This document shows, piece by piece, positions 46,716-56,508 of a DNA stretch of 64,000 bases. The stretch is from the IMG/VR virus record IMGVR_UViG_3300014913_000006; one strand, given 5' to 3'. The notes under the pieces were generated by a model. That model did not search any database and was not told the DNA's origin. It worked only from the letters and a program-made list of their open reading frames with translations. Both the position numbers and the translations under genes were made by a program. Each line of letters starts with the position of its first letter. Within the stretch, counting starts at the first letter, position 1. Origin of the DNA: a virus.

Positions 46716-48279
46716 GAAATACAAAGTATTGATTCCAACGGCTGGTGTTGGTTCTCGACTGGGCGACCATTGTGACCATGTCAATAAGACATTGGTTCCA
46801 GTGGCAAACCGTCCAATCATTTCGCACATCATCGAGAAGTTCCCGCCAGACGTAGAATTGATCATTGACCTGGGGCACAAAGGGGAACTGGTCAAAGAGT
46901 TTCTGACCCTGGCATACCCAGATCGCAATTTCACATTCATCTGGGCTAACAGGAAGGGGTTGACAGCGGACCTATGTGATTACCGGGACATCCTACAGTG
47001 CCCGTTTATCTTTTTCACGAACGACGCCATCGTGACAGAGAACATACCGGAACCAGATCGTGACTGGATAGGGTATGCAAACATTCGTGCTGGACATGAT
47101 TATCGATCTGTTGTAGCAGATTCATGGGACTGTACGGTCGTCAAAGCTTTAGGCGAGAAGGGTGCCCACACAGAAGCCCAGGCATACATCGGGATTTGTG
47201 GCATTAACGACTACAAGGCGTTTTGGGCATCTATGGACAAAGCCATGACAGATGGCACGACGAGCCAGGGAGAATCGTTTGCCCTAGCTGAAATGGTTTC
47301 AAGCAGGCCGGTCAAAGGTTATGCGTTTACGTGGTATGATACGGGAACAGTTGAAGCACTCGCGCACGCCAACAAGGTTTTCGGGAAGGAAGATGATCCC
47401 AACATTCTGCCGAAAGCCCAGGAGCATATATGGTTTTGTAACGATCGTGTGATCAAGTTTTCAACAGACAGAGATTTTATCACACAACGAGTCGAAAGGG
47501 CAAAGTCGCTTGCTGGGTATGTTCCGGCTATTGAGGGCAGCACGCCGAACATGTATTGCTATAAGATGATCGAAGGAAAAGTGTTGTCAAATACGATCAC
47601 AATGTCTCGATTCAAAGAATTCTTAGCATGGCTAGAAGGGCTGTGGGGAGATCGTCAACTACTGACAGCCGAAGTGAGAGAGGTCTATCGTAGGTTCTAT
47701 CAAGACAAAACCCTCAAGCGAGTACAAGCGTACTTCGATCGTTTTGGCTATCAAGATTCCGAACAATGTATCAACGGCGTAGATGTGCCATCTGTGGCAG
47801 AACTGTTAGATCGTGTTGATTGGGCGTGGATATCCGAGGGGATTCCAGTTCGCTTCCATGGAGACCTACATCCCGAGAACACTCTCGACACAGGTGGTGG
47901 TTTCAGTCTATTGGACTGGCGACAGAATTTCGGTGGGATGAGTGATTATGGAGATGTTTACTACGATCTAGCAAAGCTGTGGCACGGTATGATTGTGTCG
48001 CACGGAATTATCCACAAGGGACTTTACGAGATTGACATTGACGGGACTGTAGTCAACTTCGATTTACTAAGGCGGCAGATTCTCATCGATTGCGAAACAT
48101 GGTTGCAACAATACCTGATCCGACATCATTATGATTGCCACAAAGTAAAGGTACTGACATCGCTCATCTATCTCAACATCGCAACCCTGCACCATCAGCC
48201 ATATGCCGAAATGCTGTTCCATCTTGGAAAATCAATGTTGTCAAACTTACTAGAGTCTCATGGTGAAACCGAAGTTTAA
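46702..48279 (+). CDS. Nucleotidyltransferase fused to an APH/choline-kinase-like phosphotransferase
   Basis: IPTAGVGSRL...NKTLVPV, WYDTG; FHGDLHPEN, LLDWR, YYDLAK. Confidence 0.85.
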   Translation: MGESRKYKVLIPTAGVGSRLGDHCDHVNKTLVPVANRPIISHIIEKFPPDVELIIDLGHKGELVKEFLTLAYPDRNFTFIWANRKGLTADLCDYRDILQCPFIFFTNDAIVTENIPEPDRDWIGYANIRAGHDYRSVVADSWDCTVVKALGEKGAHTEAQAYIGICGINDYKAFWASMDKAMTDGTTSQGESFALAEMVSSRPVKGYAFTWYDTGTVEALAHANKVFGKEDDPNILPKAQEHIWFCNDRVIKFSTDRDFITQRVERAKSLAGYVPAIEGSTPNMYCYKMIEGKVLSNTITMSRFKEFLAWLEGLWGDRQLLTAEVREVYRRFYQDKTLKRVQAYFDRFGYQDSEQCINGVDVPSVAELLDRVDWAWISEGIPVRFHGDLHPENTLDTGGGFSLLDWRQNFGGMSDYGDVYYDLAKLWHGMIVSHGIIHKGLYEIDIDGTVVNFDLLRRQILIDCETWLQQYLIRHHYDCHKVKVLTSLIYLNIATLHHQPYAEMLFHLGKSMLSNLLESHGETEV

Positions 48280-48288
48280 GAAAGGCAG

Positions 48289-48861
48289 ATGGGCATGATT
48301 TACTCTAGTTTGCAACATGGACTTACCTTACTTGATAGCAGGTACAAGCACGTTCTAGAGTTTGGTGTATGTCGTGGAGATACCATCCGTGTTATACGAC
48401 AAACACTGGATGCTTCATTTTCAGTTTTCGGATTCGACTCGTTCGTTGGACTGCCGGAAGCCTGGGTGGACAAGCATGGAGCAGTGGTTGTCCCGCCAGA
48501 ATACTTCTCAACCAATGGTGTTATACCCGATGTCCCAAATGTGAAATTCTATGCTGGGTGGTTTTCGGATACGTTGCCTAAACATCTTCCAATCGCCGAA
48601 CCAATAGCGTTGCTTCACGTAGATTCAGACCTCTATAGCTCTGCCAAAGAGGTGTTGTGGGCACTGAATGACCACATCGTTGCCGGAACAATCATCGTAT
48701 TCGATGAATGGTTCTATAAACATGACGCTCAATACGACGACCACGAACAACGAGCGTTCAATGAGTGGGTACTGGCATTTAACAGAAAATTTGAGATTAT
48801 ATGTTTCAAAGACGAAACTCCGTCTGGGGAGGAAAGAAGGATAGTGAGGATTTTGGATTAA
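48289..48861 (+). CDS. TylF/MycF-like O-methyltransferase
   Basis: LEFGV, GFDSFVGLPE, GWFSDT, HVDSDLYSS, FDEW. Confidence 0.85.
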   Translation: MGMIYSSLQHGLTLLDSRYKHVLEFGVCRGDTIRVIRQTLDASFSVFGFDSFVGLPEAWVDKHGAVVVPPEYFSTNGVIPDVPNVKFYAGWFSDTLPKHLPIAEPIALLHVDSDLYSSAKEVLWALNDHIVAGTIIVFDEWFYKHDAQYDDHEQRAFNEWVLAFNRKFEIICFKDETPSGEERRIVRILD

Positions 48862-49476
48862 ATGGTGAACTTAACCGGTCAAAAATTTGGGAAATTAACC
48901 GCCATATCGATCTCCCATAAAGATAAACGCCTTGGGGCATTTTGGATTTGCCTATGTGATTGTGGGCGCAATACGGTAGTTTATAGAGGACACCTCAAAT
49001 CGGGGCATACAAAAAGCTGTGGATGTTTGTGGTCAAAGCATGGACATACGACAGGTTATGAAAGGACAAAAGCATACTATACTTGGGTCTCCATGAGACA
49101 AAGATGTGATAATCCAAGCAACGGAGTTTACGGGAACTACGGTGGGCGAGGAATAAAAGTTTGCAGTAGGTGGATGATATTTGAAAATTTTTTAGAGGAT
49201 ATGGGAGAATCTCCGACAGGTTTACAGCTAGACAGAATAGACAACGATGGTGATTACTGCAAAGAAAATTGTAGATGGGTTACCCCCGAACAGAACTCAA
49301 GAAACAAACGAGACAATCGTTTTCTTACCTTAAATGGAGAGACAAAATGTGTGGCAGAATGGGCTGAAGAATTATGTATTAACTCCCAGACATTGTATGT
49401 AAGATTGTTTCGGGGATGGTCAGCAGAGAAAGCCCTAACGACACCAGCAAAAACAAAGAAAGGAAAATCATGCTAA
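48862..49476 (+). CDS. HNH homing endonuclease, intact
   Basis: NLTGQKFGKL...CDCG...YGGRGI...LDRIDNDGDYCKENCRW...WSAEKALTTP. Confidence 0.9.
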   Translation: MVNLTGQKFGKLTAISISHKDKRLGAFWICLCDCGRNTVVYRGHLKSGHTKSCGCLWSKHGHTTGYERTKAYYTWVSMRQRCDNPSNGVYGNYGGRGIKVCSRWMIFENFLEDMGESPTGLQLDRIDNDGDYCKENCRWVTPEQNSRNKRDNRFLTLNGETKCVAEWAEELCINSQTLYVRLFRGWSAEKALTTPAKTKKGKSC

Positions 49477-50315
49477 GAGTGGCTTTGTGTTTGAGCGGTA
49501 TGGCGTTGCACCCCGGCAAAAAAGTCGTGGGTGGTCAGATGTGGAACGGCAAGACAGGAAAGAGGACACCGGTCGAATGGCGTAAAGGTCTAGAGCACTA
49601 CCAGAGACATATGTTCGCCCATAACGACGTAGATGTGTTCATGCATACGCCGAGCCTAGCCGCAGAACAAGAGCTAAGAGATGCCTACAAGCCAAAGGCT
49701 GCGATATTCGAACCTGACCCAAAGTTCAACATTGCTGGAGCCAAGGTTGATAAGGACTACCCAGATGGCATTACCTCAAAAACCCAGATAACAATCGCCA
49801 GATGGTACAGCATACAGAAGTGTATGCAACTCAAGAAACAGTACGAAAAGGCACAAGGATTCAAATACGACATGGTGATGATTGGCCGCTTTGATGTTGC
49901 ATGGATGGTAGATGTGCATTTTGACCAGTTCGACCCAAACCATTTCTATGCGTCCAACTGGTGTGTTATGAAGCTTCCTAACGGCCAGGGTATCAGGCAC
50001 GAAGATTGGTTCCTGCACGGATGGGACAAAAAGGACAACGCCAATCTACAACATGTTCATCTGGGATACCCCCATACACCTCACTATCAAGCACTCGCTG
50101 ACTACTGGTTTTTCGGAGGAACCGAATTGATGGACAGGTTCGGCGACCTATACGACAACATAGGCAATTTTCTCAGGGCCGGTGTGCCGTCTAATCATGA
50201 ATTTGCACTCAAACAATTGAGAACTACAGGACTTCTGCCAAAACTGAAGTTCGCTTTTCACATTCATGACGATTGTTTCTTAGCCCGTTTCGTGTACTGC
50301 GATTGGAGGAAATAA
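49470..50315 (+). CDS. Putative glycosyltransferase
   Basis: RVALCLSG, DVFMHT, KYDMVMIGRFD; cluster context. Confidence 0.6.
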   Translation: MLRVALCLSGMALHPGKKVVGGQMWNGKTGKRTPVEWRKGLEHYQRHMFAHNDVDVFMHTPSLAAEQELRDAYKPKAAIFEPDPKFNIAGAKVDKDYPDGITSKTQITIARWYSIQKCMQLKKQYEKAQGFKYDMVMIGRFDVAWMVDVHFDQFDPNHFYASNWCVMKLPNGQGIRHEDWFLHGWDKKDNANLQHVHLGYPHTPHYQALADYWFFGGTELMDRFGDLYDNIGNFLRAGVPSNHEFALKQLRTTGLLPKLKFAFHIHDDCFLARFVYCDWRK

Positions 50316-50316
50316 G

Positions 50317-50370
50317 ATGAGCCGCGTGTTCTTAGACGTAGGTGCCCACCATGGGCAGACAAAACAGTAG
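50317..50370 (+). pseudogene. FkbM-family methyltransferase stub
   Basis: GGAGG RBS; MSRVFLDVGAHHGQT (SAM-binding motif I), then a stop. Confidence 0.7.
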
Positions 50371-50533
50371 AAATAAACGTAATAATCACCTAGTTGCATT
50401 TAACGAAAAGATTCAATGCATTGCTGCTTGGGCTGAGGAAACCGGAATCCCCTATCACACCATTTATCGAAGAATATATAAGTTGAACTGGTCTCCGGAA
50501 AGAGCCTTAACACTACCTACGAAAAAGGAATGA
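50360..50533 (+). pseudogene. C-terminal remnant of an HNH endonuclease
   Basis: QNSRNKRNN...CIAAWAEETGI...WSPERALT matches the tail of the 48862 gene. Confidence 0.75.
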
Positions 50534-50536
50534 AAA

Positions 50537-51283
50537 ATGAAAGCTAAAATTTGGCAATTTTGGGACAATCCACCTGGACACACAGAGCCTCCTGCATACA
50601 TACAGTTGTGCCAAGAAACTGTACGTAAGCACTGTAGTGCAGATTTTGATATATGTTTAGTAACCACAGAAAATGTTAAACAATTTTTACCAGATATCTC
50701 TGATTCTTTTTTCGAAATATCACAAATTAACAACAAGTCTAATTACCTAAGATACACGTTACTGAAAGAATCTGGGGGCATATGGCTGGATGCAGATTTA
50801 ATTCTGTTCAAAAGTCTGAAGCCGCTGCTTGAACTACTTACAGAAGAAATAGATTTGGTAGCCACGGCCTCTCCCACTCTTAGATATGGAGAACCGGAGT
50901 GTGGGATTTTAGTATCCAAAAAGAATGGTGCAGTAATAACCAAAGCTGTTTCTATAATAGAATATGCGTTAAGTCTCAGGGAACCTGGACACGTTTTCAA
51001 ATGGGGTTCTCTGGGACCAGAGACCATACGACAAGCAGTAAAGGGAAAGAGGTACTGCCACATGGAGCACCCACTTATCATGCCTATCCCGTCCTGGGAG
51101 GCATATCGCTTCGCCGGGAAGGATTCAATAGACAAGTATTGTAACGACGCATCATTTGGAATAATGTTGTTCCATCAGATGTTTCGACAATGCAACAGTC
51201 CTTTCTTAACTATGGGCCGACAAGAGTTATTGGACAGCCCAACACTGTTAGGACAAATGTTCAGAAAGGCAGTAAGTAGTTAA
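50537..51283 (+). CDS. GT32/capsular polysaccharide synthesis-like glycosyltransferase
   Basis: KIWQFW, SNYLRY, GGIWLDAD. Confidence 0.82.
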   Translation: MKAKIWQFWDNPPGHTEPPAYIQLCQETVRKHCSADFDICLVTTENVKQFLPDISDSFFEISQINNKSNYLRYTLLKESGGIWLDADLILFKSLKPLLELLTEEIDLVATASPTLRYGEPECGILVSKKNGAVITKAVSIIEYALSLREPGHVFKWGSLGPETIRQAVKGKRYCHMEHPLIMPIPSWEAYRFAGKDSIDKYCNDASFGIMLFHQMFRQCNSPFLTMGRQELLDSPTLLGQMFRKAVSS

Positions 51284-52116
51284 TGGCTACTCCTAGCGAA
51301 AACAAGATGTGTTTCATGACAGTGGCCAATCGACCGTATCAAAAATACGTCCCATGGTTCTTGTATTTCCTGAACAGGGCTTACCCAGAGGCGCACAAGC
51401 TGGTCTTACTTGACGGAGCTATGGCTGACAACGTTCGTCAGATGCTCACTTTGCTGTCTGGCAATTTCGAGGTACGCGAGCGAGCGTTCCCGGAATATAC
51501 CCACACGGACGCAAATACCATCAAGTGTCTGAGATGGCTCGTCTACGAACCGGCGTTCGAGCAATACGACTGTATGTCAATCGGTGATGTTGATATGGCG
51601 ACCTATGTAGAGACCCCACCGTATATGGATCAACATCTCGCACATTGTGACCAGTTGGGAATCCCGTACAGTAATTTCGTCAGACCGCCCAATGCCGGGC
51701 CAAGGCGCATGAGTGGAATACACGTCATCAAACCAAGAGAGTGGTTCGCTACAATGAGGCCGATAATAGACAAGTACCGTCCAATGCTCAAGGCTGGCAA
51801 GATCAGTCTCCCAGAACAGGGATTCAACGAACAGCTTTTGCTACGAATGATCATCGAGTCTGATCTTGGCGAGCCGCCAGCCAACTTGTTCGACACCTAC
51901 TGGCCCTCTCTGGCAACATCAAACCATCATGGGACACATATCCGTCTGGCAGAATGTGGCGGGATCAGAGGGCTTCAGGGTGCCAAGGGATATCGGACCC
52001 ATAAGCCAGAGGTTCTGGCTGCTGTCAAGACACCGCTGTTCAGCCAATTATCGGCCATGTCGCCTCAAATCGGCGGTATGCTGCAAGCGATAGCCAGGGC
52101 GTACAAAAATTTCTGA
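51283..52116 (+). CDS. Putative GT-A glycosyltransferase
   Basis: IGDVD DxD motif, FNEQLLL; cluster context. Confidence 0.55.
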   Translation: MATPSENKMCFMTVANRPYQKYVPWFLYFLNRAYPEAHKLVLLDGAMADNVRQMLTLLSGNFEVRERAFPEYTHTDANTIKCLRWLVYEPAFEQYDCMSIGDVDMATYVETPPYMDQHLAHCDQLGIPYSNFVRPPNAGPRRMSGIHVIKPREWFATMRPIIDKYRPMLKAGKISLPEQGFNEQLLLRMIIESDLGEPPANLFDTYWPSLATSNHHGTHIRLAECGGIRGLQGAKGYRTHKPEVLAAVKTPLFSQLSAMSPQIGGMLQAIARAYKNF

Positions 52117-52120
52117 TTTT

Positions 52121-52151
52121 GTGGAACAACAAGCCGACTTAGAGGTATAAT
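52121..52151 (+). promoter_or_regulatory. Phage promoter copy 5
   Basis: gtggaacaacaagccgacttagaggtataat; dnaE-C ATG follows 5 nt later. Confidence 0.8.
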
Positions 52152-52156
52152 GGAGT

Positions 52157-55100
52157 ATGATTGAGTTCACCAATTGCAAATGCAATGTAGAGAAGGGTAA
52201 ATTTAGTATCAACGATATCCCTCTCGATTGTCCTGCCGCATGGCGACTCGTTTCGGGTGGTCACACGGTTGGGGTGTTCCAACTTGAGAAGAGCCTTGGT
52301 CAAGATTGGGCCAAAAAAGTACGACCTAGCAATATTGAAGAATTGGCTGCTTTGGTAAGTTTACTACGACCCGGACCCCTTGAGGCAGGATTAAGTCAAG
52401 ATTATGTAGATATTAAATTTGGAAAGAAAAAAATCTCCTATCTACATCCATCTTTGAAGCCCATATTAGAATCAACATATGGCCAAATGATATACCAAGA
52501 ACAAGCTTTGCGTATCGCCACCGATATAGCTGGATTTAGTCCAGAAAATGCAGATGAATTAAGAAAATGTGTCACTAAAGACACTTTGTTCTTGTCTAAA
52601 CAAAGGGGTTGGGTTTCCATCGATACGTTAATAAAAACTGGATATGACAAAGATTTATTTTTAACTATGAATTCTCAAGGAATCAAACAATGGAAAAAAA
52701 TCTCTTCGATATGGTCAAACGGAATTAAGACCACCAGAACCGTCGAATCCAGAACTGGTTTAAGCATTAACACAACTAAGCATCATCAATTTTTGACATC
52801 CAGTGGCTGGAAAGCTAGAAGACGACTAAATAATAATAGTTATCTGATTACGACAAAATGTGTTAATTATGACGGCATAGATGTTATTTCACCAGAGATG
52901 GCAATCATTGTTGCTGGAATCGTAGCAGAAGGATATTTCACTAAAAACACGAGCAGAACTTTTACCATGTTTGATAAAGGAATGATGGATCGTTTCTGTC
53001 AGTGCTTTGAAAAGGAATTTAAGGAATTGCCCAGTATGTCCAGTGCCAAGGGTATTGCTAACAGGGTTGCCAGAATAAGAGACAAACATGCACATAAATT
53101 ACATAAATACGTAGGATATGCTTTGTCTGCAAATAAAAAATTACCTGAAATAATGATGGGCATGACCGTAGAAAGTACCAGAAAATTTCTTTCATATTTA
53201 TTGGTATGTGACGGTGGTGTCAGTAAAAATTCAAAACAATTTACATATACATCAAAATCTAAAAAATTAGCCCAACAGATACAACTTCTACTTTTGAGAT
53301 TCGGTATTAGATCAACAATCAATCCAAAAAATGTAAAAAATTATGGAATTTATTATGTGTTATCTGTTTGCGATTTTGGTTGTCAACAAAAATTGCAACA
53401 AGAACTTACATGTGAATGGCCAGATAATAAAAAAGAAGCACTACAAAGTATCTTAAACAACAAGAGACAAGAACAATTTACAATAGATATTATACCAAAT
53501 GAACTGGTAATCAAAATGCTTGATCAATATCCATTTGTTGCAAACAACGAAAGTGGAACAGCTTGGACTTCTAATATTTCTAGAAATAGGTTTTTGAAAA
53601 TGTCAAATCAAACCAATGATCAATATTGGATAAATATTGCACAAAATGAACAATTTTATGATCAAGTCAAATCTATTGATCAAAAGTCTGTTGTTGAGGT
53701 TTTCGATTTTTCTATGGAAGATACTAACATACCGTACATAGTAGCAAATGGGATAGTAATACACAATAGTATCGGGAAAAAGAAGCCCGAACTCATGGCA
53801 AAGCTCAAGGACAAGTTCGTCAAGGGTGCCCAGTCGCACGGGAAAATCGCTCGCAGCGTAGCAGAGGAAATCTTTGGATGGATCGAGAAGTGCCAGCGTT
53901 ATAGCTTTAATAAATGTGTGTCTGGGAAAACAATAATCCGTCGTGGAGCAAAAGGCAAACATCTCAAAACAGATGGCTATACTGTAGAGCATATGTATAG
54001 AATTAAAAATAGTATCCAATATGCCAAAAAACATGGACATGAATCTCTAAGACGCAAATGGAATCGTCTTGGCCATTACGGTACTGGATTATCATTATGT
54101 GATGATGGTAGAATCCGTCAGAATATTATTAGAGATATACAATCAGCAGGAATGCGCAATGTATACAAAATTACCCTAGAGAATAATGGCACGATTTCTG
54201 TTACTGCTAACCACAAGTTTCCTACTGTAGATGGTAAAAAAACAGTGGGTCAACTATTAGTTGGAGATGAATTATATGTTTGTGGACCATATGAAGAGTC
54301 TGATTTTAATACGATAAATAGATTCAGTCAACAAAATGAATTTACTCATAAATCATATGGTCAAAGATGTGGTTTTCCAGTAGGTAGAGACAATCCTGCT
54401 TATACGAATGGATCATATACAGATTTTCAATTATACAAAAATAGTAAACCAAATACCTGCGAACAATGTGGCAAAGAAAATTGTAGAATTGAAATAGCAC
54501 ATTTGAATGGAGATAGGACGAATAGCAAACCATCAAATTTGAAAAAGCTTTGCGTGTCTTGCCATAAGAAACACGATTATGTTTTAGGAAGAACTAAGCG
54601 GGGCGAAAAGGGATATCCCGCCAAGAGGGTAAAAATTATATCTATAGAGCCAGAAGGAATAGAACATGTTTGGGATGTTACTATGGATGGACCAAATCAT
54701 AATTTTACTATTGATAATGGAATCATCACTTGTAACTCACACGCTGTCAGCTACGGTATGATCGCCTATCAGACCGCATGGCTGAAGTGTCACTTCCCAC
54801 ATGAATTTTTCACCAGCTACCTGACGTATTCCCAATACAAGGGTGATCCCAAGGAAGAGATTTATAAACTGGTACAGGATGCCCGGCTGTTCGGTGTGGA
54901 TATTCTGCCACCTGATATTCGTCGCGGCAACGTCCATTTCCAGATGACCGAAGAACCACAAAAGGGCGTAGCATTCGGCCTGGCGCACGTCAGGGGTGTC
55001 GGAGCCTCAGCTATCGAGAAGATCGTCTCAGCGGCCTCTACAACGCCAGGGGCGGGCTCTCTGGAGACTTGGGCCAGCTTCCTCGCAGCGGTTCCAGACT

Positions 55101-56026
55101 TCCATAGGAACGTAGGGATTGCTCTGATCAAATCTGGTGCTTGTGACTGCTACGGGATGGAGCGTAGCGAAATGGTGCGCGAGCTTGAGGTGGTTCTTGG
55201 GACTACCTCACATGACTCAACCGGCAAAAGGGTCGAGGTTAAGGGATTGACCAGTAAAGAGAGGGTATACTTTTTCGAACAGCTACAACAGGGTGCAATG
55301 ACCACCCAAGAAATTCTATCCCAGATGTCCCAACCCCCAGGTGAAAAGACGAAGACCATGGGTCAAATGGTCAAGAAAGAGTTGGTCGCAGCGGCGGTGG
55401 GATATCTCGATCAGGCCGATTCGGCTTTCGACGGCATCGTGGACGGTGACAGTAAATTCGTGTATACGTCTCCATCAGAGAAAGAGGCGTGGCTCGGAAA
55501 CCTTGGGAATCGCACCAAGAAACAACTCGAAGCACTGATGGTCCAAAACGGTTACCAGGATGTGGCTGTCAAACCACCATGCTCCAATGACGCAAGACGC
55601 AATATAGTCTCAGCCAAAGCCGCGATGCTAGAACAACCCCTAAGTGATACCAATACGGCTAGCGCTGCTGCCGAAAAGTACTTCCTGGGTATTGCCTTAT
55701 CGTGTTCCCCTGCTGATGATGCCAACGACACCCTGGCGACCCATACGTGTTTGGAAATCGCTAAGGCACCGAACAACGAAGCGATTGCCGTCTGCGCTAT
55801 CGTCGATGGCGTCAAGCACACAAAAACCAAGCGTGGTAGTAACCCTGGTCAACCGATGTGCTTTCTGACGATCTCAGATTCTACGTACTCCATCGATCAC
55901 GCAGTGGTTTTCCCAGATGTATTTGAACGCCTGAAGGCGTTTTGTAAGGATGACTTGATCTGTCTTGTGTATGGGCAGAAGAAAAACGGAAGTTTTATCA
56001 TTCGTGACATCCAGAAGTTGATGTGA
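52157..56026 (+). CDS. dnaE: DNA polymerase III alpha, C-terminal half (fingers, HhH, OB) with two inteins
   Basis: GVFQLE, RPGP, YQEQ, FNK|SHAVSY, AWLK, OB-fold MCFLTISD. Confidence 0.92.
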   Translation: MIEFTNCKCNVEKGKFSINDIPLDCPAAWRLVSGGHTVGVFQLEKSLGQDWAKKVRPSNIEELAALVSLLRPGPLEAGLSQDYVDIKFGKKKISYLHPSLKPILESTYGQMIYQEQALRIATDIAGFSPENADELRKCVTKDTLFLSKQRGWVSIDTLIKTGYDKDLFLTMNSQGIKQWKKISSIWSNGIKTTRTVESRTGLSINTTKHHQFLTSSGWKARRRLNNNSYLITTKCVNYDGIDVISPEMAIIVAGIVAEGYFTKNTSRTFTMFDKGMMDRFCQCFEKEFKELPSMSSAKGIANRVARIRDKHAHKLHKYVGYALSANKKLPEIMMGMTVESTRKFLSYLLVCDGGVSKNSKQFTYTSKSKKLAQQIQLLLLRFGIRSTINPKNVKNYGIYYVLSVCDFGCQQKLQQELTCEWPDNKKEALQSILNNKRQEQFTIDIIPNELVIKMLDQYPFVANNESGTAWTSNISRNRFLKMSNQTNDQYWINIAQNEQFYDQVKSIDQKSVVEVFDFSMEDTNIPYIVANGIVIHNSIGKKKPELMAKLKDKFVKGAQSHGKIARSVAEEIFGWIEKCQRYSFNKCVSGKTIIRRGAKGKHLKTDGYTVEHMYRIKNSIQYAKKHGHESLRRKWNRLGHYGTGLSLCDDGRIRQNIIRDIQSAGMRNVYKITLENNGTISVTANHKFPTVDGKKTVGQLLVGDELYVCGPYEESDFNTINRFSQQNEFTHKSYGQRCGFPVGRDNPAYTNGSYTDFQLYKNSKPNTCEQCGKENCRIEIAHLNGDRTNSKPSNLKKLCVSCHKKHDYVLGRTKRGEKGYPAKRVKIISIEPEGIEHVWDVTMDGPNHNFTIDNGIITCNSHAVSYGMIAYQTAWLKCHFPHEFFTSYLTYSQYKGDPKEEIYKLVQDARLFGVDILPPDIRRGNVHFQMTEEPQKGVAFGLAHVRGVGASAIEKIVSAASTTPGAGSLETWASFLAAVPDFHRNVGIALIKSGACDCYGMERSEMVRELEVVLGTTSHDSTGKRVEVKGLTSKERVYFFEQLQQGAMTTQEILSQMSQPPGEKTKTMGQMVKKELVAAAVGYLDQADSAFDGIVDGDSKFVYTSPSEKEAWLGNLGNRTKKQLEALMVQNGYQDVAVKPPCSNDARRNIVSAKAAMLEQPLSDTNTASAAAEKYFLGIALSCSPADDANDTLATHTCLEIAKAPNNEAIAVCAIVDGVKHTKTKRGSNPGQPMCFLTISDSTYSIDHAVVFPDVFERLKAFCKDDLICLVYGQKKNGSFIIRDIQKLM
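52568..53767 (+). mobile_element. Intein in DnaE-C (LAGLIDADG type)
   Basis: ELRK|CVTKD...GIVAEG...VIHN|SIGKK. Confidence 0.9.
53915..54736 (+). mobile_element. Intein in DnaE-C carrying an HNH endonuclease
   Basis: FNK|CVSGK...CEQC...HLNGDRTNSKPSNLKKLCVSCH...ITCN|SH. Confidence 0.9.
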
Positions 56027-56029
56027 TCA

Positions 56030-56440
56030 ATGAATGACTTATCTGATAGAACATTCGGCAGACTGACCGTTCTAGAACGGTGCGGGTCAAACAATGATCA
56101 ACGGGCACTCTGACTGTGCGGTTGTACTTGCGGGAACCAAGTAGTGGTAAGCGGAAAACTACTTCTGAATGGAGACACCAAAAGCTGTGGATGCTTGCAG
56201 ATAGAGGGTGTAACAAAACAGGGATACTGCAAATCTAACTGCAAATGGTCAACCACAAAACAGCAATCGAGAAATCGGCGAGATAATTTGACTATTACAC
56301 ATCATGCCAAGGCGCAGTGTTTAGCAGATTGGGCCGAAGAAGTCGGGATAAATAGGGAAACCCTTAAATATCGCCTTGACCGAGGTTGGTCGACTCAAAG
56401 GGCGTTCGGACAGCCTGTAAGAAAATTGAAGAAATCGTGA
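56030..56440 (+). pseudogene. HNH endonuclease pseudogene
   Basis: TGA in place of the conserved Trp (RAL*LCGCTCG); VTKQ joins GYCKSNCKW, so the core is deleted. Confidence 0.75.
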
Positions 56441-56445
56441 TTTTG

Positions 56446-56476
56446 GTGGAACAAACACTCGACTTGGACGTATAAT
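56446..56476 (+). promoter_or_regulatory. Phage promoter copy 6
   Basis: gtggaacaaacactcgacttggacgtataat, upstream of ssb. Confidence 0.8.
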
Positions 56477-56508
56477 AAGGTGAGTGGATTGGTCTCTTAA
56501 CCCTAAAG

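Noticed and set aside
44950-52250. Trans-splicing split intein joining the dnaE halves
   Set aside because: No intein N-block at the end of dnaE-N and no HN|C/S/T block at the start of dnaE-C.
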